Shown here piece after piece: positions 10,665-20,900 of a stretch of 64,000 nucleotides of DNA. The translations under genes were made by a program, and so were the position numbers. The stretch comes from Myxococcota bacterium (lineage in GTDB: Bacteria; Myxococcota; JACRCW01): the NCBI GenBank assembly GCA_040752415.1, contig JBFMGU010000013.1:1-64000 (forward strand). Direction: 5' to 3'. The notes beneath the pieces were generated by a model, which saw only the letters and a program-made list of their open reading frames with translations, did no database searches and was not told where the DNA came from. Position 1 is the first letter of the stretch. Each line of letters begins with the position of its first letter.

Positions 10665-12263
10665 TCACCTCTCCTTGCGGCCGGTTGAAGGCCCCTGAGA
10701 AATCACATCCACCTGCCCTTGCGCCAGCCTGACCTGCAGCCGCTCACCTTGCGGCGCGTCGGCGGGGGCGCGCACCACGGCGCCGTCCCGCTCCCGCGTC
10801 ACCAGCGCGTAGCCGCGGGTCAGCACCGCCAGCGGCGAGAGCGCGTCCAGGCGCGCCGCGCCCTGCATCAAGCGCCCCTCCGCCCGACGCACGCTGGCCT
10901 CCACCGCGGCCTCCATGCGCGCCCGCGCGGAGAGCAACCGCGCCCGCCCCTGCTGCACCTGCGCCGCGGGCGAGAGCGCCATGAGCCTGCGCTCCAGTCC
11001 CTGCTGTCGTTGCTGCGCGCGCGCCAGCGTCTTCTTCAGCGCGCCCTGCAGTCCGTCGTGGGCGGCGGTCAGGCGTGCGCGCTGCTGGCGCACCCGCACG
11101 GCGGGATGGGCGGCGGAGAGGCGGGCCTGGGCCTGCTGGAGACGCTGCTCCTGCGCGCGCAACGCCTTCACCAACCCATGACGCGCGCGCTCCTCGGCGT
11201 CGTCGAGACGCTGCTGCTGCCGACGGAGCGCCGCGCGCAGGTCGGGCAGCCGCTTCTCCCACTTGAGCAGGCGGAGCCGCGCCCCGTCGACGCGACCCTG
11301 CACCGCGCGCTCCAGCCGGGTGGCGAGCTGGCGCATGCGCTCACGAGCTTGTTGCCGGTCGGGGGCCACCAGCTCGGCGGCGGCGCTGGGCGTGGGTGCG
11401 CGCACGTCGGCAACCCAGTCGGTGATGGTGGTGTCCGTCTCATGGCCCACCGCGCTCACCACCGGCGTGCGACACTGCGCCACCACGCGCGCCAGGTTCT
11501 CGTCGTTGAAGGACCAGAGATCCTCGAGCGAGCCGCCGCCGCGTCCCAGGATGATCACGTCGACACGACCGCTCTGGTCCAACCGGCGCAGCGCATCCGC
11601 GATCTCCCAGGCCGCGCCCTGTCCCTGCACGCGCGCGGGGCTCACCACCACGTCCAGGTCGGGAGCACGTCGACGGAGGACGGTGAGGATGTCCCGCAGA
11701 GCGGCGCCTTCCGGGCTGGTGACCACGCCCACCGCCCGCGGCCACGACGGGAGCGGCTTCTTGCGCGCGCGGTTGAACAGTCCCTCCGCCTCCAAGCGCG
11801 CCTTGAGCGCCTCGTACGCGGCGGCCAGCTCGCCCTCGCCCGTGAGCTGGAGGTGGCCCACCTGCATCTGGAACGCGCCGCGCTGCTCATAGAGCGTGAC
11901 GCGACCGCTGACGGTGAGCTGCATGCCGTCGCGCACCTCGAAGCGCACGAAGCGGTTCTCGGTGGCGAACATGACGCAGTTGACGGAGGCGTAGGCGTCC
12001 TTGAGCTGGAAGTACCAGTGCCCGGAGCGCTGGGCCTTGAAGTCGCTGACCTCGCCCCTCACCTGCACGCGCGGGTAACGCCCCTCCAACAGCCCGCGCG
12101 CCTCACGACACAGCTCACTGACGCCGTAGATGCGCGGCGCGTTGGGCTGCGGGGCTCCCGTGACGACGGGCGGACCGCTGGGCTGGGGTTGGCTGGTGGG
12201 CGTTGAGGGCGCAGGGCTGGCCGGCAGGTCGAACAGACTGAGGATGGACCGCGGGCCGGGCAC
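10665..12263 (-). CDS. xseA: Exodeoxyribonuclease VII large subunit
   Basis: GEVSDF, SGHWYFQLKD, GRGGGSLEDLWSFN, SAVGHETD, RAPTPSAAAE, LSPLAVLTRGYA. Confidence 0.96.
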   Translation of the reverse strand: MPGPRSILSLFDLPASPAPSTPTSQPQPSGPPVVTGAPQPNAPRIYGVSELCREARGLLEGRYPRVQVRGEVSDFKAQRSGHWYFQLKDAYASVNCVMFATENRFVRFEVRDGMQLTVSGRVTLYEQRGAFQMQVGHLQLTGEGELAAAYEALKARLEAEGLFNRARKKPLPSWPRAVGVVTSPEGAALRDILTVLRRRAPDLDVVVSPARVQGQGAAWEIADALRRLDQSGRVDVIILGRGGGSLEDLWSFNDENLARVVAQCRTPVVSAVGHETDTTITDWVADVRAPTPSAAAELVAPDRQQARERMRQLATRLERAVQGRVDGARLRLLKWEKRLPDLRAALRRQQQRLDDAEERARHGLVKALRAQEQRLQQAQARLSAAHPAVRVRQQRARLTAAHDGLQGALKKTLARAQQRQQGLERRLMALSPAAQVQQGRARLLSARARMEAAVEASVRRAEGRLMQGAARLDALSPLAVLTRGYALVTRERDGAVVRAPADAPQGERLQVRLAQGQVDVISQGPSTGRKER

Positions 12264-12309
12264 GAGGCGACATGTAGGAGCGCGGGCACGCCAAAGGCAA
12301 CCGGCTCCT

Positions 12310-14940
12310 TCACCCGGGTGCGTGTCGACGTCGTCGGGTGGCCAGGAGCAGCAACGCCAGGCCCACCAGCGACGGATCCGCCTGGGTGCATCCCGCGCAT
12401 CCCATCACCGGCGCATCTCCGCCGCTCCCCGGCGCGCCGCCGCTGCTGGTGCTCGCGCCGCCGGAGCTGGCCCCGCCGGTCGACGACGAGGAGCTGCCCG
12501 GATCCACGCAGAGGGCCTTGAACTCCAGGCTCACCAGCCGCTCCGCGATCCGCCCCTGCGAGTCCTCCGCCACCACCGCCAGGAAGTGGACACCCTCCTG
12601 CGCCTCCGTCCACGAGAAGTGCCGCTGCGTGCCCTCCTGCTCGACGACGCCGTCATTTCCGACGTCGTAGCGGATGGTGAGCGTGGTGGTGTCGTGATCG
12701 TCGGTGGCGCCGCTGGTGTCGACGTCGACGCTGCTCCCCGCCTGCCCACAGGATGGCACGTCCACGGTGAGCTCGGGTGGCTCGTTGTTGGCGTCCTCGC
12801 CGAAGAGGAGGCGGTGCACATCCAGCCGACCACCACCCCAGGCGTCATTGGGGACCGCGCCGGTGTCGTCATCACCCCGGGCGCTCTCCTTGACGCGGAC
12901 ACGCACCTCCGCCGGCGTGAGCCCGGGCTCCTTCTGCAGCAGCAGCGCCACGGCGCCCGCCACCTGCGGCAGCGCACCGCTGGTGCCATCAAAGACCTGG
13001 CAGTGCCCCGGGCCGTTCTGCCCGTCGGGGTAGGCGGCGTAGTGATCGGCGGGCGCGGAGACGGTGATGGTGCGCTGTCCGTCGATGCGCGGGCCCTTGC
13101 CGCTGTAGGAGCTGCGGATCCCCTCCGGCGCGCCGGGCGGCAGCGTGTTCACCTGGAATGCGCCCACCGCCAACGCGCTGTCCGCGGTGGAGGGCCACGC
13201 CATGCTGCCGGTGTCGTCGTGCGACGGCAGGTCCAGCGCGGTGAAGAACGCGTACATGGTGTCATCCGAGACGTAGATGAAGACGTCCCGCGTCTCTTGC
13301 GAGGTGTTCTGCAGCTCGACCTGGTAGAGGCCCACCGGCACGTTGTCATACGCATTCTGCGCGGCGTTCACGTAGCCGTAGACGAACCACACCATGCCGG
13401 TGTCCCGCGATGAGACGGCGCGCGAGCCGAACATGGCGTGCCGGCCGGTGCCGCCCTCCTGCGTGGCGTCGATGATGCTGCCATCCGGCGTCAGCAGCGA
13501 GACGTTGACGTCGGCACCGCCCTGCCAGCGCAGGCTCGCGTAGATGGCCTGCATGGTGTAGCCCACCGCGGCGTAGTCCAGCACATTCACGTCCAACGTC
13601 GTGGTCTGGCCGGGCGCGAGCTGGACCCGCGTGCGTCCCTGGTTGCCCGCGAAGTTGTGCGCGGCGGTGGCCTGCACGGCGCCCCGCGCGTCCAGCTCAT
13701 CCAACATCTGCTCCCAGTCCCCGCTGCCGTCGGCGAACTCGCCCACCGGCGTCCCGTACTCGTGCACGAAGATGTCCGTGCCCTGCTCTTCCGCCCACGC
13801 AAACGCAGCGAGCAGGTTCTGCTCATATTCCTCGCCGGTGGCCTCTCCGGGCCCGGAGTCCTGCACCACCATGAGGAGATCCGCGTCGGTTGCCAGCCCC
13901 TGCACCGCGGTGCGGTTGAACACGCCGCCGACGAGGATGCTGGCCACTCCGCTGCCATGGCTGGCGTCGGTGATCACCGGCGTCTCGATGAGGTCGATGC
14001 CGCGCATGTACGGCACGCCCTCCGACGGACGGTACACGCCCTTGATCTTGCTGCTGCCCAGGCGGAGCAGTTGCTCACCCACATCCAGCTTTCCGTCGCC
14101 ATCCACGTCGTCCACCACGAACAGCGGCTCACCGTAGGCGGGCGTGCTCTCGGTGAAACCCGCGCCAACGCCATGGTCGCGCTCACCGTTGCCGTTGGTG
14201 TCGGCGTAGAGGAAGTGGCGCGCGGCGTTGAAACCGGAGAGCGGCGTCAGCTCGCCATACGCGTCGACGAGGCCACCGCCCAGCCGCTCCAGCGTCTCCT
14301 CCGGGTCGGCCACGCCGTCGCCATCCAGGTCCACCGCGTCGGTCTGCAGGCTGAGCTGCCCGTCGTCATTCACGTCGAGCCACGGGTAGCGACCGGCGTC
14401 CGCGCGGAAGAAGAGCGGGTGGAACACATCCCCGGCCCCGTCGAGGTCACAGAGCGTGACGCCGGTTCCCTGGTAGCGGGCTCCCTCCGCGGTACGCTTC
14501 CACCACACCGGCGCAACCTGCGTCCAGTTGTGCACGTAGCCCAGCGGATTGTTCGACGGCAGCGGTCGCACCGTGCGCGGAATGCCGGAGATGCGCACCA
14601 GCTTGGGGTGCGAGAGGAGGTGCGGCAACGTCGTCACGTCCAGCCGCGCGCCGTAGAACGGGCCCACGTGCGCCACGCGACCTTCGAGCATGGCCCACGC
14701 CACCCCGGCACGCTGCAGCGCGCGCGTCTCTTCGTCGGTGAGCACCTCACGCATGCGCACCAGCACGGCGCGTGGCGGGAGATTCTCGTCGGACTTGGCG
14801 AGGTGCAGTGCGCGGTTCCACTCCACGCGCAACGTCTCCTGCAGGCGCGGGTGGGGTTTCACGCGGTGGTGTTGGGTTTCACCTCGAGCCGAGCCCGCAA
14901 GGAGGGCACAGGACAGGAGCAGGATGTGTGGCATGCGCAT
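12310..14940 (-). CDS. Secreted S8 (subtilisin-like) peptidase with Ca-binding loop insertion and MYXO-CTERM-like tail
   Basis: Signal peptide; putative triad in LCDLDG, SHGSGVA and FDGTSGALPQVAG; WGGGRLD; tail CAGC...LALLLLATRRRR. Confidence 0.85.
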   Translation of the reverse strand: MRMPHILLLSCALLAGSARGETQHHRVKPHPRLQETLRVEWNRALHLAKSDENLPPRAVLVRMREVLTDEETRALQRAGVAWAMLEGRVAHVGPFYGARLDVTTLPHLLSHPKLVRISGIPRTVRPLPSNNPLGYVHNWTQVAPVWWKRTAEGARYQGTGVTLCDLDGAGDVFHPLFFRADAGRYPWLDVNDDGQLSLQTDAVDLDGDGVADPEETLERLGGGLVDAYGELTPLSGFNAARHFLYADTNGNGERDHGVGAGFTESTPAYGEPLFVVDDVDGDGKLDVGEQLLRLGSSKIKGVYRPSEGVPYMRGIDLIETPVITDASHGSGVASILVGGVFNRTAVQGLATDADLLMVVQDSGPGEATGEEYEQNLLAAFAWAEEQGTDIFVHEYGTPVGEFADGSGDWEQMLDELDARGAVQATAAHNFAGNQGRTRVQLAPGQTTTLDVNVLDYAAVGYTMQAIYASLRWQGGADVNVSLLTPDGSIIDATQEGGTGRHAMFGSRAVSSRDTGMVWFVYGYVNAAQNAYDNVPVGLYQVELQNTSQETRDVFIYVSDDTMYAFFTALDLPSHDDTGSMAWPSTADSALAVGAFQVNTLPPGAPEGIRSSYSGKGPRIDGQRTITVSAPADHYAAYPDGQNGPGHCQVFDGTSGALPQVAGAVALLLQKEPGLTPAEVRVRVKESARGDDDTGAVPNDAWGGGRLDVHRLLFGEDANNEPPELTVDVPSCGQAGSSVDVDTSGATDDHDTTTLTIRYDVGNDGVVEQEGTQRHFSWTEAQEGVHFLAVVAEDSQGRIAERLVSLEFKALCVDPGSSSSSTGGASSGGASTSSGGAPGSGGDAPVMGCAGCTQADPSLVGLALLLLATRRRRHAPG

Positions 14941-15102
14941 GGGGACCCCGGCGTTGGCGGAGCGGGAATCCTACACCCACCACGGTTGGAACGACGCATG
15001 CCACACCGCGTGCGGGCGGTCCGTGGTTGCGACGCGCAGCGGAATCACCGGGACACCACGCGGCTTATAGCCCTCACGGGATCACCGTCTGCGGAGAGCG
15101 CC

Positions 15103-15576
15103 ATGCACGAGTCGGTTGGACGGTTCGTCGAGCTTGCGCGGATGTATTGCGCGTTCGTGGAGAAGGCCCACACCGCTGCACCCGCGGCCCTGCTGCGTGA
15201 CACGGCACGACACCTGGCCAGCCTCTACGCCGCGGCACTGCAGCTCCCGGACCTGGGCAGCAGCGACGACGCGGACCCACCCGACGTGCCCACCCCGCGC
15301 TGGCCCGGCTTCGCGGAGCACGAGACGTACTGGGAGATCTTCGACCCGGCCAAGGAGGACAAGGCCGTGGTGGGCTCGCTCACTGACGACGTCATGGACG
15401 TATACTCCGACGTGAAGAGCGGCCTGCTGCTGTTGGAGGACCGCAAGCCCTCGGCGGTGGCCAACGCGGTATGGCACTGGCGGTTCACGCTGGCCACGCA
15501 CTGGGGTGATCACGCGGTGGACGCGCTGCGCGCGCTGCAACGCGCCCTGCACCGCGCCAGTCGACAACGCGCCTGA
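15103..15576 (+). CDS. DUF5063-like protein
   Basis: 3' part of the long ORF 13438..15576; probable start MHESVGRF; YWEIFDP, GSLTDDVMDVYSDVK, WHWRFTLATHWGDHAVDALRAL. Confidence 0.72.
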   Translation: MHESVGRFVELARMYCAFVEKAHTAAPAALLRDTARHLASLYAAALQLPDLGSSDDADPPDVPTPRWPGFAEHETYWEIFDPAKEDKAVVGSLTDDVMDVYSDVKSGLLLLEDRKPSAVANAVWHWRFTLATHWGDHAVDALRALQRALHRASRQRA

Positions 15577-15578
15577 AG

Positions 15579-16757
15579 CTACACCTCGTCCAGCGCCTGC
15601 GCGCGCGAGAGGCAGCTCTCAAAGCGCACGTTCACGTTCTTGGCGTACCACGACGTGGAGCGCTCCTTGCTCATCTTGGGGCTCTTGATCACCACCTCCG
15701 GCACCTGCGCGTAGGGCGCGGCCTTTCCCAGCGTCTTGCGGTACGCCTCCTTCACCACGCGCCACGTCTCGGTGGCCTCGAAGGACTCCTCCTTCTCGCG
15801 CTCCGCGTCCCGGCGCAGCTCCCGCGCGCTCAGCCCCGGCGCGTACTTCCGACGGAACGCATCCAGCGCCTGCATGGTCTTCGTCTCGGCGTCGGTGGGG
15901 GACTCATTGCGGTCATAGGCCAGCAGGTCCCCGTCGGTGACGAGCTTGATGCCGGTCAGCTCGGAGACCTGCTTCTGCAGCGCGGCATTTCGTGACGCAT
16001 AGACCCCCGCGTTGTAGTCGGCGAAGCGGTAGATGGGCTTCTCATACTGCGCGGGATACCCCATGAGGCGCGCGGTGCCGTAGGAGACGCCGCCCTTCCG
16101 CGTGTACAGCGCGTCGCGGATCTCGTCGGGACCACGGCCCCGCTGGCGCCCCACGCGCACCGCGTAGCGCACGCTCACCTGCATGGAGCCCGCGGTGGTG
16201 ATGGGGTTCAGGTCCTCGATGTGCGTGGCGGTGAAGATGCCGCCGAGCAGGTTGGCCACCGCGAATGTCGTCGGAAACTCGTTCTCGTAGTACGCCACGA
16301 TCTCGCGGAACAGCACGTCCAGGTCCTGCTCCGTCTTCACGTGCTTGAGCCGCTCATGGAAGGGCTGCTTGTGTCCCTTGGCTTTTCCGTCGAGAAGCGC
16401 GCGCAGCGCGGGCTGTCCCAGGGGACCCAGCTTGCTGGCATACGCATCCAGCCGCGCCTGGACGATCTTCGCCAGCCCGGGCACCACCGGATTGGCCTGG
16501 TAGCCCGACTCCTGCTCGATGATCGCCAGCACCGAGCACACGTTGGTGGGCACCGGGGCCAGGCCGTTCTCCTCCAGCGCGTGCAGCACGTCCTGCGCCC
16601 AGCCGCGCCGGTCCTTCACCTTCGGCGGGGTGAGCCGCGCCACCTGCTCGACGGAGAGGCGCTGCACTCCCGGCGGCACCGCCTCCATGCGACGCGTGGC
16701 GCGCGAGCTACACGCCGCCAGCGCAGCCAGCAAGAGCAGCACAAGGGTCCGGCGCAT
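15579..16757 (-). CDS. DUF1615 (YaiW-like) lipoprotein
   Basis: Lipobox LAAC; CSVLAIIEQES, NPITTAGSMQVS, YRFADYNAGVYASRNAALQ, IKSPKMS. Confidence 0.85.
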   Translation of the reverse strand: MRRTLVLLLLAALAACSSRATRRMEAVPPGVQRLSVEQVARLTPPKVKDRRGWAQDVLHALEENGLAPVPTNVCSVLAIIEQESGYQANPVVPGLAKIVQARLDAYASKLGPLGQPALRALLDGKAKGHKQPFHERLKHVKTEQDLDVLFREIVAYYENEFPTTFAVANLLGGIFTATHIEDLNPITTAGSMQVSVRYAVRVGRQRGRGPDEIRDALYTRKGGVSYGTARLMGYPAQYEKPIYRFADYNAGVYASRNAALQKQVSELTGIKLVTDGDLLAYDRNESPTDAETKTMQALDAFRRKYAPGLSARELRRDAEREKEESFEATETWRVVKEAYRKTLGKAAPYAQVPEVVIKSPKMSKERSTSWYAKNVNVRFESCLSRAQALDEV

Positions 16758-16758
16758 G

Positions 16759-17622
16759 TCAGAGAGCGGTGTAGCGCTGCGCCGCCACGTCCCAGACGCG
16801 ACGCTGCACGGTGAAGGTCTTCCGGTCCGGGTCGACGTCATAGACGTGGTAGCCGCAACGCAGGTGCAGGTCCGTGGCGCTGCCGGCGCACACCATGGTG
16901 GTCCGCTCCGCCTTCACCACGTAGTGCTTGTGCGTGTGGCCGTGCAGCACCAGGTCGGCGTGACGGTCGCGGGAATCCAGGATGTCCAGCGCCTCGCGGT
17001 AGTCCTCCAGTCCGTGGCTGGTGGCGTCGGGGCGGCCGTTCTCCCGCAGGATGCCGTAGTGCAGCGCCACGACGACGAAATCACTCTTCAGCGAGGGATC
17101 GGTGAGCATGGCCCGCAGCTCCGAACGCTGCCGTGCACCGAGCAGACCGGAGGAATCCAGCATGGACGTGGGGCGGTTGGGGTCCAGGCCAATCAGCGTG
17201 ACGCCGGGCGCCAGCCGCTTGATGAACGGGAAGGTCCCCGTGCCCCCGGCCAGCGACGAGAAATGCGCCTCGAAGTACTTCTCCGAAGCCGCGCGCGGCG
17301 TGTAGCGGTCATGGTTTCCGGGCACCACGGTGTAGCGCTCCGGCTGTTGCATGCGCGCGCCAAAGATGGCCGCACAACGTGCAAACTCCGCCACCGTGCT
17401 CATGGCGGTGATGTCGCCGGTGCACACGGCGTGGTCCACGCCCTGCGCGTCGACGTCCTCGAGCAGCGTGGCAATACGCGCCTCCACGCCCTTGAAATGC
17501 CGCGAGCGCCCACCGACGTAGTAGTTGATGGTGCCGGCCATGCGCTTGCCCATCAGCTCGCTGGCCGCCTCGCTCAGCGGGCTCAACGTCACGTGGATGT
17601 CCGAGAAATGCGCCAGCCTCAT
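16759..17622 (-). CDS. Calcineurin-like metallophosphoesterase
   Basis: SDIH, TGDIT, PGNHD, LHGHTH; stop lies 1 nt before the DUF1615 start. Confidence 0.9.
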   Translation of the reverse strand: MRLAHFSDIHVTLSPLSEAASELMGKRMAGTINYYVGGRSRHFKGVEARIATLLEDVDAQGVDHAVCTGDITAMSTVAEFARCAAIFGARMQQPERYTVVPGNHDRYTPRAASEKYFEAHFSSLAGGTGTFPFIKRLAPGVTLIGLDPNRPTSMLDSSGLLGARQRSELRAMLTDPSLKSDFVVVALHYGILRENGRPDATSHGLEDYREALDILDSRDRHADLVLHGHTHKHYVVKAERTTMVCAGSATDLHLRCGYHVYDVDPDRKTFTVQRRVWDVAAQRYTAL

Positions 17623-17923
17623 GCCGCTTCCGCTCTCCGCCGCGCCGCCCCGCAAGTGAGGCGTGACGTCGGAGAAACACCATAACCCGAAAGGACTGGG
17701 CCGCAACCATCGCTGGCGCCCGCGTCAACGCTCTTGCCGAGGCTCCAGCATGGGCGCCACGACGTGGCGGGGTGACTCGAGGATGGCGTGACGATGTCCT
17801 CGCCGGTGGGCGCGTTCTGGCCGCGGCATCCTCCCGTCGGCGGATCGGTCATCCAGCCTCCTCCCTCCGACGGGGGTCGGGTGACTGATGAGCGCCACGG
17901 GAGGGTCTCTCGATACACCATGT

Positions 17924-20900
17924 ATGAACCGGCCACTCCGAAACCTCGGCGCGCAGTTGATGGTGTTGGGCGTCACGGCGGCATGCAGTGAGACCGTGGA
18001 GCCCCAGGTGGCGCAGGGTGTGGCCCGCCTGACCATCCGGAACATTGGCGCCATCACCCAGCTCATCAATGACGACGGCATCTGCGGCTTCCGCTCCCCG
18101 GACGCGGTGGGGAGCCTGGTGGTGGAGGGCGCGCCTGGCGCGCAGGGGACCGCCACCTGGTCGGTGGAGAACTGCCGCCTGGAGCTCGGGTCGATGGCGA
18201 GGGCCAAGGAGGACTGCCTGGGCACCCGGACGCGCGCGCTGGGCACCGTGACGGTGAGCGCCACCCGGACCCTCACCGGCATCGTCACCGGGGATCCCAC
18301 GCGCCCCGTGCTGCCCACCGACGCCAACGCGGTCACCCTTCACGTCACCGCCATCCTGGAGGACTTCGCGGCCACCCACAGCAACGACGAGAACGTCCTC
18401 ACCGGCCTCTCCGGGAAGGTGTCCTTTGATGCCACGCCCCGGCTGGCCCGCAGCGCCACGCACGGCCTGTGCTCGGTGCCCACGCCCAACGTGATCTTCT
18501 CCAACGTGGTCTACGAGGACGCGCAGCTCCACCTCCACGCCGACGGCGCCGGGCCGCTGGCCACGCCGCTGGCACTGGACGTCACGGTGGGCTCCTCCAA
18601 CCTCTACGCCGTGGCCGGCCGCCATGGCGACGAGGAGAACCTGCTGCGCGGCACCCTGGAGCTGAGCGGCAAGCAGGTGCACATCCCCGTTCCCGACGAG
18701 AGCGCGCTGGATCCCAGCTACAACGCGGACCAGTACGTGGAGTCCTACGCGTGCACGCCGGATCTCACGTCGGTGGACGCGGAATGCGACAATCCCCAGG
18801 TGGCACTGGGCGAAGGCGCCGCGCGACTGAACGTGCGCAGCCTGGGCGCCGTCCTCGCCGCCATCCAGGATGACGTCGGGTGTGGATTCTCCAGCGCCGC
18901 TGCCGCGGGCACCACGCAGCTGAGCGGCCCGGCGGGCTCCACCGGCACCGCCACCACCACGGTGCGTGACTGCGAAATCAACCTCGTCGAGAGCGTGGTG
19001 AGCACGGACTGCGCGGGAGTGGCCACGCGGGCCTCGGGGAGGATCCGTGTGAACGGCACGCGCTCCATCCGCGGCCTGCTCACCGGCGACGGGGCGCAGC
19101 CGGTGGTGCCGGATTCACCGGACGCCGTGGCGTTCAACCTGCAGGTCACCATGACCGACTTCACGGTGCGCGCGGACAACAACCCCGCCGTGCTCACCGT
19201 CAAGTCGGGCAGCGTGGCGTTTGAGGCGCAGCCGCTCCTGGCCACCAGCGCGTCCACGGGCGTGTGCTCCGTCCCGGTGCCGGTGGTGCGCTTCCCCGCC
19301 ATCCGCCTCGGCCCCTCGCAGTTCCACGTCGTGGCGGAGCAGGGCGCGTTCGACCTTTCCGTCGAGAGCTCCAACTACCAGGCGCAGGTGGGGCGGGGCC
19401 TGGGCGCGGAGAACGCGCTGGCGGGCACCATCCGCGTGGCCGGTCACGACGTCGATCTCAGCGGCCTGGTGCTGGACCCCGCCTACAACGCCGCCGCGTA
19501 TGAGGGCACTTGGGCGTGCACCAACGACCTGGCCCAGCCCATCCGTCACGAGTGCGGCAACGTCACCAACCAGCTGGGCAACGGCGTGGCGCGCCTGACC
19601 ATGCGCACCCTGGGCGCGGTGGCCAAGCTCGTCGAGGACGACGCGGCGTGCGGATTCGCCAGCAGCGCCGTCTCCGTGCAGGTGAGCGGCCAGCCTGGTG
19701 GTGAGGGCTCCGCGGTGTTCACCGTCGCCGACTGCGCGCTGAACCTCGACGACACCGTGGTGGAGACCGACTGCAACGGCGTGCGGACGGTGGCCAACGG
19801 GCAGGTCGTGGTGAGCGCCACGCGCACGGTTCGCGGCATGCTCGCCGGGCAGGGCTCCCAGCCGGTCATTCCCAACGCCTCCGACGTCGTCGACGTCGAC
19901 CTGGACATCCGCTTCGTCGACTTCTCGGTGACGGTGGACGGCAGCCCGCACGTGCTCACGCTCCACGGCGGCAACCTCTCCGCACACCTGCAACCCACGT
20001 TGGCGGTGAGCGCGGTGGAAGGTGTCTGCGCGGTTCCCCTGCCGCTGGTGAAGTTCTCCGCGGTCCGTTACGCCAACGCCCGCGCCACCGTGGTCACGCC
20101 CGACGCCACCGTGACGCTGGACCTCCCCGCGTCGGAGCTCGCGGCGGTGGCGGGTCGCTACGGCAACGAGGAGAACGCGCTGTCCGGCACCATCCGCATC
20201 TTCGGGCAGGACGTGGTGGCCGGCTCCGACGGGGACGGGCTGGATCCCAGCTACAACGCGAGCAGCTACGGCGCGTCGTACGCGTGCAATCCCAAGCTGA
20301 CCAACCCCATCCGCACCGACTGCCCGGACCTCCGCCCCGTGCTGGCGCAGGGTGCGGCGCGGCTGGGCGTCAAGACCTACGCCACGGTGCTCAAGCTCCT
20401 GGACAAGGACACGCGCTGCGGCTTTGCCAGCGCCAGCGTGAAGCAGGGCGCCAGCGTGACGGGCGTGCTGGGAGAGGCGGGCGCCACCGCGGTGTCGACG
20501 TTGGGCAACTGCGTGCTGGAGTTCCCCGTGGAGCAGGCGGTGGAGACGGATTGCGCGGGCGTCAGCACCTTCGTGCAGGGGAAGGTCACGGTCAGCGGCA
20601 CCCGCACGCTGCGCGGCATCCGCACCGGCAGCGTCGACACGCCGATTGTGCCCACGAGCTGGGAGCCGGTGGATTTCAATCTGGACATGGTGATGGACCA
20701 CTTCACGGTCCGTTCCTCCGACGTGGACAAGGCGCTCACGGTCAACGCCGGCCGCATCTCCGGGGCGTTCAAGCCGCGCACCGCGCTGGACTCCGCCACC
20801 GGTGCCTGCTCCATCCCCACCGCCAATGTGCAGTTCGGCAACGTGCAGTTCCACGACGCGGATCTGACCATCCATGCCGGCGCGCACGCGCTGAGCATCA

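Noticed and set aside
13438..15102. 712-aa ORF as one gene
   Set aside because: The 5' part is the antisense shadow of the S8 gene; only 15103-15576 looks coding
17885..17945. CTGATGAG resembling a hammerhead ribozyme core
   Set aside because: No correctly placed GAAA with supporting stems; likely chance
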